NCBI GenBank assembly: GCA_003990765.1
Contig: RBNJ01000130.1
Span: forward strand, 1 to 39,925
Length of the DNA stretch: 39,925 bases
Direction of reading: 5' to 3'
Origin: Jimgerdemannia flammicorona
Lineage: Eukaryota
The notes under the pieces were generated by a model. That model saw only the letters and a program-made list of their open reading frames with translations, was not told the origin of the DNA and did no database searches. A program made the translations under genes and the position numbers. How positions within the stretch are numbered: position 1 is the stretch's first letter; the number at the start of each line of letters is the position of its first letter. Of this stretch, positions 23,100-35,514 are shown one piece after another.

Positions 23100-26000
23100 C
23101 TCAAAATGCAGCCAATAATACCTCTAGATAGAGACTACCCTGTAGCTCCTAGACTCAAACAACTCAATATTATAGTGAAATCCTGATTGCTGAAACCTAA
23201 GTAAAACTCTACAACCTCAAATTTGATATATGTATATAGTAAGGAGGAATTTGAAACCTTCTATACAAAACTCAAGTCACTCCTGAACACTATTGGCCTA
23301 GAATATATTATTAATAATAAATTATGAAATAATATAAGAGTAGACTATTTATTCAATATACTACCAGAATAGTTCACAAAAAAGATCTGAGAACAAAGAT
23401 ATTCTATTAGTTATAATTATCAACAATTATGTCTGGCTAGAATCAAAACTATTGTCAAGTAAATTCTAACAGCTGGATCAATTTTATCTCAAAAACAATT
23501 TCATAATAAGAAAAAATTATGAACTAAGAAAGAAGAACTCAAGCATGAATCATCTAGAGCTTCAGCTACATCTACTTCTTAGATATCTTGAAATTCTGAA
23601 TCTATCCAGCCAAGTATCTTTAAAAAACTCACTAAAGGAGAAAGAAATAAACTCAAAAGAAGTAGAGTATATTTCTATTATCAAAAGATAGGAAATATAA
23701 ATAGTGTCTGTCCAAATTGGAAGCTCTAAATAACAATATAAGCAACTGTTACTACTCTGTACCACCTCAACAATCTGACTACTAGACACTAGACTTTATT
23801 AAGTTAAGAACAATAGCTATAGTCTCAATCAAAGAAAGTCAAAAAAACAGCTAAATATAATCTATATATAGCTAAAGAAACTATTGTTTTCAATCAAGTT
23901 AAGTAAGTCTATATAGGAATTAGCATTCAAATTCTCAAAGAACATATTGGAAGGATATACTATTATAGCAGCCTAGTATTAAAAGGACTCTCAGTAGAAG
24001 GAGGAGTCATAGATAAAGACTATATAGGCAAAATCATTATTCTCATCAGAAACTATAGTTAGATATCATTTAAGATCTCTATCGATATTATATTATTTAG
24101 ATACTATTTGAGAAAATTGAATCAACTCTGGCAGTCAAGGAAGTTCCCAAACTATCTGAGGATCCAAAGGGTTTGACTTATCAAATAAAGCCCTAGAACA
24201 ACTTACTATAAATAAGGAGGAATAATTCTATAGAAAAATAGAAGACAGATTCATATCTAGTGGCCAATATCCTCATGGTATTGAAATATATTTTTTCCAA
24301 ATAATAGATGATTACTTCTCTTGTATCAATGAGTTAGTCTAATAAAGAGCTAATAGAAAGAAACCTCTGATAACTGAAATCATTACTATTGGATCAGACA
24401 AACTACTTACTCTATAAGTTTTTATTAATTGAGCCTCTGTTAAGATTATAATAGACAGTAGTGCCTCAGGTAATTTTATCAATAAAGAAATAGCCAATAG
24501 ACTTAAAGTCCTGATCTCTTTAGTATAATAAACTCAAATAGTTGCTATAGCTGATAAAATCTCTTATATAATTAGTAAGGAAGTCTACAACCTATCCTTC
24601 AGAATTGGTAACTATTGAGTATATATTATCCTCTAAATAGTACTACTTCTAGATAATGAGATTATCTATGGGATACTATGGTTAAAATAAGAAAACCCCA
24701 TAATAGATTGAATGAATCATTCTCTGACTATTAAGAAAGGATACCATAATTTTAAACAGTAAGATAAAAGGGACCCACTCAGCTTTAGCAACCTAGGCTC
24801 AAAGATAATTTATATTAATAAACTATAACTCAAGAAATTAGTAAAGAAATGCTCTCTCTTTGCTATCTCTATATATCTATCTAAAGAAGAACTTAAGAAT
24901 CTCAAAGAAAACTTTTTCAAAGTTGACATTTATATCAGACTTCTACTCTAGAAATTTTGAGACATATTCCTAAAAAAACTTCCAAAAATACTATTACCCA
25001 AACAAGTAGTTGACCATGTGATCAAAATCATTTTAGATATCAAATCAGTCTTTAAGTCAATCTATTATATATCTCTTAGAGAAATTGATATACTTAAGAA
25101 AAAAAATTGATGAACTTCTAGAATAAGAATTTATTAGACCTAGTATATTACTATATAGTATACTAGTTCTCTTTGTTGTTAAGAAAGGAGAAGATCTATA
25201 AATATATATTGATTACTGAGACCTTAATAAATAGACCATTAAGAACTATTGCCCACTATTCTAAATTAATGAAATATTCAATAGGCTTATTAATCTACCA
25301 TTTATAAGCTCTTTTGATCTATAAAATAGCTATTGACAAATTGCCATAAAAGAAGAAGATATCTACAAAACTACTTTCTGAACTTGCTATAGACATTTTG
25401 AGTTTCTAGTTATATTCTTTGGTTTAACTAATATTCCTGCAACCTTCCAGGCTCTGATGAATACTATCCTATATCTATACTTAGATAAATTTGTTATCTA
25501 TATTAATAATATTTTGGTCTTCAGCAAAACTTTGGAGAAATATCTCAAATATCTTGAACTAGTACTACTGAAACTCTGAGAAAACTAACTCTTTATAAAA
25601 CTCAGCAAATGTGAATTCTTTCTAAAGGAAATTTAATTTTTTTGTATATATTATTACTCTCAATAGAATCAAGATAGACTCTAGCAAAATCTTTATAATT
25701 AAGAAATAGCTCAGACTCAAGAATCTGAAGACCTTCAGTCATTCCTAAGATTAGTAAACTATTATAAGTAATTCATTATGAACTTTACTAAGATCATTAC
25801 TACTCTTATCCAACTGATCAAGTATAGTAAAAAAAAAAGGACAACTCTGGACTACAAAGTAAGAGAAAGACTTTAACAATCTTGCTAAATGGGGACCTAA
25901 ATAAGATATAGCCTTTTAAGCTCAGAAAGATATCCTGATAACTACTTCAGTACTTCAAGTAGTAAATTTTGTCCTACTATATAAAGTTATTATCAATACC

Positions 26001-27835
26001 TCTGATCTAGCCATTAGAGCAATACTTATACAAGAAGAACACTTTGTGGCCTATTATTTTTACAAGTTTAATGATGCTAAAAGAAACTATATCATCTATA
26101 AGAAGGAAATGTTAGCCATCATAGACACTCTGATTATAGTATTTATATCTTGAAGAAGTATACTTTACCATATTAATAGACTATAAATTATTGATCAACA
26201 TCAAGACCCAGACTACTCTTTTCTAAAAGTAAGCCAGATGAATAAAAGTTCTTGTCAATTCTAACTATAAAATCCAATATGGCCCTAATAAGAAAAATAT
26301 TATTACTGATATAATCTCTAGATGACTATTCAAAGAAATCATACAGATCCTCACTCTGGTTATCAATTCTATTATAGAATAAATTATCATAGTATATACT
26401 AATGATAAAGAAGCTCAAGTACTTTAATTCTGAATAGTAATAATATCAACAAGTATCCCCAGTATCATCAATACTAATTGAAGGACAATACTATCTATTA
26501 TAAGAATAGATTATATATTTCTAACAATTGAGACCTCTGAAGGGCTATCCTATTTGAATATTATAATACTCCTATAGTTAGATATCTAGAATTTGACAAA
26601 TACTATGATATTATTTTCCAAAACTTCTATTAGCCCTATATGGCAGACTAGTTAAAGATCTAATCACTTCTCATAATACCTGCTAATACAATAAGTTCTC
26701 AACTCTAGCAAAATCTGGACTACTCTACTCTATTTCAGTACTATCTGCTAATTAGAAACAAATCTCTATAGACTTCATTGTATAACTACTCTGGACTAAG
26801 AACAGAAGATACAATTATTATCTTTATAGACTATCTTAGCAAAGAAACTCACTTCATACTTACTACTATATCTGCAATAGTACCTAAAATTGCTATACTC
26901 TTATTTGATAACATTTTCTTCTATCATAGTCTTCCTAAGATCATTGTTAGTAACTAAGATCCAATATTTAATAGTTACTTTTAGAAAGCTCTATACTCAT
27001 ATCTTAGAATGAAACTATAATATCTATAGTCTTTCACCTAAAAACTAATAGCCAAACTGAAAGGATGAATAGAACTCAAAAATAAATACTAAGAAACTAT
27101 GTTTTCTATTAATAGAATAATTGGTATAAATATCTTACTACAGTTGAGTTATCTATAATAATAGCAAATAAGCTTTTTTTAAAATATTTCTATTTTTTAC
27201 CAATATAGAGCAAACTCCAAACATTCTCCTAACTCTTATCAGAACTATAGCTGAACTCTCTACTATTGAAACCATTGAGGAATTCTTACTCTAAATATAC
27301 AACCTGAGCAAAATTATAATTGAGAACCTATTTTGAGCTCAAAATCGACATTCTTAGTATATTATTCAATATTATTGAAAAGAAACTTTTGATATTAATG
27401 AAAAGATTCTACTGAATATTCAAGGATACCAAGTTGATAATCTCAAGTACAGACCCTCTATAAAGCCAAACAGTAAGTTCATTGGATCATTTGAAGTCAT
27501 TATGTAAGATTCTCTAATATCTTACAAACTAGTCCTACTAGACACTATCAAGATTCACCTAGTCTTCAATATATAATATCTTAAGAGATATAATAATAAA
27601 AATAATGATGAACTATTTCCAAATTAAACTATAAAATCACTAGTACCTGTCATTATTAATAATTAAGAAGAATATGAAGTTGAGATAAATCTCAATAAAT
27701 ATAGCCATAAGAACTACTCTGAATATCTAGTCAAATGGAAAGGTTATCTAATTTATAATACTATATGGGAACTCAGAACAAATCTCCAGAATATCACCAA
27801 CTTGGTTCAGAAATATGACTCTTTAAACAACTAGT
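23100..27835 (+). pseudogene. gag-dUTPase-PR-RT-RH-IN-chromodomain relic of element C
   Basis: Knuckle relic VYFYYQKIGNINSVCP (~23670-23715); PR IIIDSSASGNFI (~24445); RT YINNILVFS (from YIDD, 25501); chromodomain EEYEVE...EYLVKWKGY...IWE (27667-27830). The gag start is uncertain. Confidence 0.9.
23800..24185 (+). pseudogene. dUTPase domain of element C (between gag and protease)
   Basis: GISIQI...GRI...SSLVLKGLSVEGGVIDKDYIGKIIILIRN plus a motif-5 relic (tgaggatccaaagggttt, from RGSKGF). Confidence 0.88.
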
Positions 27836-28291
27836 CAAACTACTCTGATATCTACTACTACTATACTATATATATTATACTTATAAATACTGTTAAAAGT
27901 ACTCTTATAATTATTATGAGCAAAATTGAAGACTCTACTATATCTTAGCAAAATAAGACAAAAGAAATACTATCTTTCTAGAAAAATAGCAAAATGAAAG
28001 TCAGTCTATTCTCCCTATATCATTGATGAGAAATAAGATATAGATATTTAAGAAGATTCCTTAAAGGAAATTCTCTAGCAGTAAAAATCATTAGAATCAC
28101 TTCCAGTACATAGTATCAAATATATGACCCTTTAATATATGAATTTAATACATTAGACAACTATACTATAAGTATATCACTTTTTGAGAAAAAAGAATAT
28201 TACTAGGCTTTTGACTATCCAAAGGATATAATAACACTAGACCAAATTAGATGACCTTAATGAGGATATCAAAAACTAAAAAGGAGAGAGT

Positions 28292-29167
28292 TATAAGTAT
28301 ATAACCTCTAAGCTACTAAAATTATATATTGCTCTTAGAACAAATCTACAAATTATATAAGATCATAAAACTGAGTTAAATCAAAGTTACAGATTATGAA
28401 GCTGAGTTAACTCAAAGTTACAGAATATAAGATATATTGAAATAAAATCTTACTAATCAGAACTGAAAGTATATATACTGAATATATAATATGTTAAAAT
28501 AAAAAACCACAATAAACCAAAATTACAACTACAACTCTCAAACATATATCTAGATATGACCACTGAAGTCTATAACTATATCTGTGCTAATATTTGAAAT
28601 ATCATTATCAACTGAGTCACAGTATTTTTATCTTTTGTAAATATCCATAGTCTAGCACTTCTCTATTTTATGGAAGTATAATAGAATACTCTGAATATAC
28701 TTAGTAAGACTTACTAAATCTGATAAATATCAAGCTACTATCAGATTAGCTATCTTCTGGAAGATATGATTAACCACTACTATGATATAGATATTACTAA
28801 AATATTATAACACCAGAAATATATTATCTGCAAATACTAAGAACTCTTCTATGAGTATAGCATCTTTATCTCTCACCTCTGAGTTACTACTACTGAAATG
28901 ATTGCTATTCTAATCTATGGCCAAATTGATGATATAGTATAAGAACTCAATTACAAATATATCAAGTATATCTAAACTTCTTGTACCCAAATGACTATAT
29001 TCTACAAATATGTTAAGTAGGATATACTATGAAGAATATCTATAATATAATTCAGTTTGATAATAATGAAGCAAAAGATAACAATTACTCTGATACAGAC
29101 ATAACCTCCAGCCAAGAATCTCTACCAACCCTGATCACTCTGCCAATTTTATCAATAAACTTCATAA
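28292..29167 (+). repeat. Truncated 3' LTR of element C
   Basis: Matches 19888 onward and 32624 onward up to the equivalent of ~33500, then similarity stops abruptly. Confidence 0.88.
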
Positions 29168-29823
29168 CTATCTATAAGTGTATATTTTATTTGTAATAGA
29201 AAAAAGATCTCATAATACAAGTTGTAATTAGTTATAAAAATTAAATCATGAGTATTCATATTGATTTCAGATATATCAAAGCTAGACAAAGCCACTTTTC
29301 TTAATTAGTTATCTATCTATCAAAGTGATTTATAACTTGATAAGCTGAGAGTCAGAATACTATTTCTTTAATAATATATATTTAGTATATTTAATACTAT
29401 TTAAAATAATCATATCAAAAATAAAAAGTATTTTAGTTTCAGTATTTCTGAAAGTACTAAGTATTCTCTTATTCTATCTATTCAATATTTATATATATAC
29501 TATAAGATACTCTTTATAAGCCTGTGGACTATTGTACAGAAGACTGTTTATTATAAAAAAAAAAAGTATTTAGTTCTCTCAATTAGGTATTTTGGTTAAT
29601 GTTGTACATATTTTCAATTTTATTTTCTTCAAATAATTATTTTGATTGAGAGCCATTAGGTGATTTTTTTGTTTATTTATTATTATAGATTTCTTTTAGT
29701 CCAAAAAGCCATTACATTCCACCTTGATCCAAAAGAACAAATTTCTTATTAGAAAAAGTTCTAGTATTAATATCTTATATTATAATTAATAATAAACAAA
29801 GGAGAATTGTAAATATTATTTAT

Positions 29824-30289
29824 TATAATGTAGCAGATGCTTACTCTTAAAAGTATGTTGGATTTCTGTATCTTGAAAACTTGATCTTCTCTGACTCCTC
29901 AGAGTCCTTTGAGTTGCAGGGGAGGGTGGATGAGTTCGAAGTGTATCTGCCTGCAGTCTTACTAGTTCCTTTGCTATCTCTTTGCTTTGAACTATTTTGA
30001 TCTGAGGTTTATTCACTCAAAGATACTGGGTTATTTATACAAGTTTGCTAGCTATGAGATAGTTACTAGGTTACATGGCTAGGTTATGAGTTATTTAACA
30101 CTTTGCTAAATATTTCACCAGTTGCGAAATGCTATACTATATCAAGAAGCTCAATCTCACACTTTGCAAAATATTTAGCAAATGGTGGAATTGAGGACTG
30201 CTAACTATGTGGCTATACTACTTTGGGACTGGGTGCGATCAAGTATCTATTCCCTATTTCCTTCATTCAAATCTGGCTATATCATCACA
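29824..30289 (-). repeat. 3' LTR of element D
   Basis: Direct repeat of 38095-38560, adjacent to the PPT. Confidence 0.95.
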
Positions 30290-30326
30290 ACTTCCTCCTA
30301 AATAGATGATCTCATCTCTGAAGCAT

Positions 30327-30788
30327 CTATTCAAACTCCCAAGCTTCAATGGTCTGTATGGTCTTGTATTGTGCGATTTGTTGCATTACTGTTTCCCAAT
30401 GGTGTCACCTGACTCGGTCGAAGTCTGAGGGAGTCACTCCTCACAGGTGGGCTAGTGCTGATTCATCCTCTCAGAATAGCTTGTGGATTCTCTTAGCAAT
30501 AATGATCTGGGAATAGGAGAGCTGGCATTCTGCAATCCAATTCTCTTTAGTCATTTCTGGGTCTTGGTTGAGTACTTGGCCAAGTTTGAAGTACTCTTGG
30601 AATTTATTTCGATGCTGATAGGTCTTGAAGTGTGAGATCTGAGAGAGATGAGTCTGTATGATGCTTTGGATACTGTCATAAGACTCCTCTATGGTTGGAG
30701 GCTTGGTGGTGCACCATTGTCTCTTGATGGCTCTTTGGGCAGTGCTGGTGATCTTGAGTGCCATTGCAGTACTTTTGTTACTGGCCAT
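30327..30788 (-). pseudogene. 153-codon accessory ORF of unknown function downstream of integrase (element D)
   Basis: The ATG overlaps the pol end (CATGGCCAGTAA). The frame continues past three TGA codons to ...IEAWEFE*. Same length and frame as 39260-39721. Confidence 0.8.
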
Positions 30789-32623
30789 GATATTTCTTGA
30801 GTCAGTTTCGGTAAATAGTAGTGGGGATTATTATGTCTGAGGGTTTTCGTAGCCAAAAGGTGGTCCCTTTTATATCTTGCACAAAATAAGGTCCTTCCCA
30901 CTTGGGCTCCAGTTTTCGTGACCATGAAGCTTTAACTATATTCTGATACACCAGAACTTTGTCTCCTATCTTGATAATCTCCAAGGGTTTATGGGTCTTT
31001 TCTGCATTCCTCCATTGTAGTATCTGCACCTTGATTATGTAATCCTCAGCCTTCTTCCTGATTTGGTGTAGTCTCCATATTTCCATGTCCATGCATTTAC
31101 ATATAGCATCTCCATTGGATGATAGGGTTCCCTGAGAACATTCTTCTCTGAACAGCATTTCTCGAGGGGTAAAGTGGGTACTTTGTGATTGGATATCCCG
31201 GAGAGCAGATAATGCTATTGGCAGATAGTGCTCCCAGTTCTCATAGTTATCACAGATCTTGGCAATAATATTTTTGAGGGTTTTGTTGGTCCTTTCTACT
31301 TGTCCATTTCCTTGAGAGTGATATGCTGTAGTCCAAATATGCTAGATCTTATACTTCTTGTAGAGAACTTCAAAGAACTGGTTTACGAATTCTGTTCCTC
31401 TATCTGTAGTTACTTGTGTGGGGGTCTTGAACCAGCAGATGATTTCCTTGTGGAAGAAATTGGTGATTGACTGTGCATTGGCTTCCATAAGGGGTCCTGC
31501 TTCTATCCATTTTATAAAAAGGTCTATAATGACAATGATGTATTGGTTGCCAGTCAAAGTCAAGGGTAGAGGGCTGATTATATCCATTGCAATGTGGGTG
31601 AATGGTACTAGTTCTATGTATGCTGATCCTGGGGCTTGATTTCATTGGTCTTGTTTCTGTTTCTGGCATTTGTTATAGATATTAATGAATTGTCTGATAT
31701 CTTCCTCCATCCCTGGCCACCATATTGTTCTTCTTGCCTTGTCATATGTGTTCATTCCTCCTAGATGGCCAAGTTCATGTACTAATTTCATTGCTTGCTC
31801 CTTCTTATGTTCTGGTATGACTAGTAGTTTTCCTTTCTTCAGTGTTTCTCCATCAGTTTCGAATTGTTTCCATATTCTGTTAATAATTGTTTGTGTCCAT
31901 TCTTCCAGATGTTGGAGCATCTTTCGCTATCCCAGGTATGTGATAATTCCATAGTAGAGCTCCTTATTCATGATGATTTTGTGGGGGTGGGGTCCTTCGG
32001 GGTGTCCGTGAGAGGGCATTGGCATTGGTATTGGTTCTTCCAGAGTGGTGTATAATGGTTACATCATAAGCTTGTAACTTCATTATTCATCTGGCATAGA
32101 TTCCTTTGGGTTGTCTAGTTGTCAGTAGCTAGGTGAGAGCTGAGTGGTCTATTTGGATGGTGAAGTGTCTTCCAGCCAAGTAGTAGTGGAACTTTTCTAC
32201 AGCCCAGATGACTGTGAGGCATTCCAACTTATAGGATTCATATTCTTTTTCAGCTCCTCGGGTTCTGCAGCTGAGGTATGTGATGATATACTCCACTTTA
32301 TCTTTCTTTTGAGCTAGGACTGCTCCTAGTTCTTGTGCACTTGCATCAGTCTGTAGGATGAATTCTTGAGTCCAGTCAGGTCTTCTGAGGATAAGTGCCT
32401 GGGTCAGTCTGACCTTGAGTTCATCAAATGCTTTTTGTTGTCTGCCAGTCCACTGGAACTTGGTATCCTTCTTATTAAGTTTATTGATTGGTCCTGTAAT
32501 ATTGGAGAATCCTCTAATAAATCTGCGATAGTAGGAGGTAAGTCCTATAAAGGCTTGAGCTTCTATAACAGTGGTGGGCCTTGGGTATACTGCTACCACT
32601 TGTATCTTGAGGGGGTCTGTGTG

Positions 32624-34662
32624 TGTAAGTGCACAACCTCCAAGCCACCGAAATTACATGTGACCTCCAAACAAATCTGGAAATCACCTGCTCGATCACG
32701 AAGCTGAGTCAAACCAAAGTCACAGTGCACAAAGCTGAGTCAATACGAAGTCACAGAACACAAGATCTACACAAACGGAATCTTACCAATCAGGACCAAA
32801 TGCATATATACTGAGCACTGAGACATGTCAAAACAGAGAACCAAAACAACATCAACTATAAACTTCCAAACACACAAACATGACCACTGAGATCTACAAC
32901 TGTATCCGTGCTGACATTTGGAATGCCATTGTCAACCGAGCCACACCCCCTCTGCCCCTCATGAATATCCATAGCCTGGCACCCCTCTACTTCGTGGAAG
33001 CCCGATGGAACACCCTGAACATGCTTAGCGAGGCCCACTGAATCAGACAAATCTCAAGCTACTATCAGATCGGCCGCCTCTTAGAAGATATGGTCGAACA
33101 CCACTATGATACAGACATTACCCAGATGTCTCAACACCAGAAGCTCATCACCCGCAAACATCGAGAACTCTTCTATGAGTATAACACCTTTATTCTCCGC
33201 CTCCGAGTCACTACCAGCGAAATGGTTGCTACCCTGTCCTATGGCCAAATCGATAACATAATACAAGAACTCAACCACAAGTACCTCAAATATGTCCAGA
33301 CCACAGACAGAAGCTTCCCGCACCCTGATGACCATATCCTGCAAATGCCTCAAGTCGGATATGCCATGAAGGACATCTATGATATAATCCACTTTGATGA
33401 AGATGAAGCGGAAGACAATAATCCCTCTGATGCCGACATGACCTCTAGCCAAGGATCTCTGCCAACCCTGATCACTCCGCCAACCTTGCCAATGAACTTA
33501 CAACAGTTCATAACAGCATATGAGACTTATTGGGACAATGACCACTAGCATGAATACCAACCCGCATTCACCCCCGACTACTTCAACTACAATGAAGAGA
33601 CCAGAGAATACAACCTGTACCTCCAGACAACCCTCAAGATTGAACCAACCACTCTACTACCTGAGTATGAGCGACATGAACCACAGCCGCCAGCTTACTA
33701 CAATCCTGCAACTCATAGTGCTGTAACCTATAGAAGGTATGCAGACAGTGAATCCAATGAAAGCAAAAACAATACACCCCTCCTTCGCCCACCAACACCT
33801 TATCCAGTGTACGAGACAGACGATGCTATTCTGTGGGACAGAGATGAAGTTCCAATGTATTATTATCTCAGCAAACAAGGAGAAGTAATCCACGAACCAC
33901 TATTCCTAAACGATTACTTCATCAGAGATGATGCAATCGATGGTGATGTCATTGAGGACTACCCAGATAGTACCTAAATCTATAAATAGCCTAGCAGTTA
34001 TAATATAGTTAGATTAGCATTGTACGACGTGACTGTGAACTGACTCAGCAGTCAGATGATCTCTTGACATGTCAGATCACACTTGTACTATGTGACTGCA
34101 TTCCAACTCAGCAAGGCACTTAGTGCTACATCTATATTTAGCATAGTCCAGATAGCTCCTCACTAGTATAAATACCCCCTCCCTCAGACCTCAGAATCTC
34201 AGACTTGAACAGACTCAAAACACAAGAATATTCCTGAATACTTCCCCACAATATCCCTTCACACAACTACTCCTAGTATAGCAATATCATGAATAGTGAA
34301 TAAACCTATTTAATAACCCACAAATCACTCTTAAGTAAATCTGCTCCCTGTTAGGTCCTACTCCTAACTCCATCACGAAATTTCCTAATTGGGTATTGTC
34401 TGCAGCGATACGCCAATTCAACTAAGCTGGTCTTAGTTTCTTGAACTTCCTGAAATATGGAAAATCCTGAACATTCAGAACTAGTCCGAAAAAGGACTTT
34501 GGTTGAGACGTCAACCCGATCTTGAAATCAATAAGTATAGAGGACATACTCCATACGAAATTGATCTTGACTATAAGAAAATGGTCTTCCAGAATATCCA
34601 GAACTTCCAGAAAACCCTTTCAGAACTACGTAATGGTTACCCTAAAAAGCAACCCTCTTACA
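32624..34662 (+). mobile_element. Solo LTR of family C (2039 bp), lightly mutated
   Basis: TGTAAG...CTTACA termini and a perfect 5-bp TSD gtgtg (32619-32623, 34663-34667). Removing it restores D pol (LGHIIN*DGTHT-DPLKIQVV). TATAAATA at ~34168, AATAAA at ~34299. Confidence 0.95.
32880..33977 (+). pseudogene. LTR(U3)-encoded ~365-aa protein of unknown function, with two premature stops
   Basis: Single frame from ATG 32880 to TAA 33977, broken only by TGA 33039 and TAG 33546, each one C>T from a sense codon. Includes track ORF 33090..33548. Relics are present in both LTRs of element C. Confidence 0.85.
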
Positions 34663-35514
34663 GTGTGTGTTCCATCTCAATTGATAATATGGCCAAGATA
34701 GGAGATCTTGATTTCTGCAAACTTGCACTTTTTGGGTTTGATGTAAAGGTCATGTTGTCTTAGTCTCTCCATTATCTGCTGTATGTGCTACAGATGTTCC
34801 TCAGGTGTCTTGCTGTAGATAATTATATCATCGACATAGACCATCATCCATCTTCCTATATCATAGTGAAAGATTTTGTTCATCATTCGCTGGAAACTTA
34901 CTGGTGCATTGCATATTCCAAATGGTATTCGTAGGTAGACATAGGTTCTATCTGGAGTGATGAAAGCTGACTTTTCACTTGCTATATCTGTGAGTCCGAT
35001 TTGGTAGAATCCTGAGTATAAGTCCAAAGTGCTGTAGTACTGTACTTCATCTCCTAGTATTATGAGGATATCATTGATGAGGGGCAGTGGTTGGCAATCC
35101 TTCTTGGTAACCACATTGAGCTTTCTGTAGTCAACACAGAGTCTTGGGGCGAATTCTCCAGGCTTACTACCTTTTTTCAGGGCTAGTATAACAGGTGAGG
35201 ACCAGGGGCTGCTGGCTTCTTTAATAATGCCAGCTTCTTCCATCTGCTTGATTTCTTCTCTAAGCCATTCTTGGTAGACTGGTGGGACAGATCTTGTCTT
35301 CTGATAAATTGGTTCGGTGTCTCCAGTATCTACTTTATGATAGTAGTGTGGGGTCTTTCCTTTGATGTCCTTGAAATCTGTGGCAAGGACATCTTCGAAT
35401 TTGTGGAGTATTTTCTTGAGTTCTTTCTTAAGTGGAAATTTATTTCCAATGGTGTAGCTGTGCTTACTTGTGTTTTCCTCCTTTTTATGCTTGAGTTCGG
35501 TGATCTTGGTGCTA

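Larger units (their letters stand above)
19888..29167 (+). mobile_element. Gypsy chromovirus C with ~1.9-2 kb LTRs; heavily mutated, 3' LTR truncated
   Basis: LTR copies start at 19888 and 28292 and match the solo LTR at 32624. Mutated PBS (acttaatagtagtag from ACTTGGTAGCAG) after 21762. PPT aaaaaggagagag before 28292. gag-pol relic lies between them. Confidence 0.9.

Noticed and set aside
30327-30788. env gene interpretation of the post-integrase ORF
   Set aside because: Too short, with no signal peptide, furin site or transmembrane segment.
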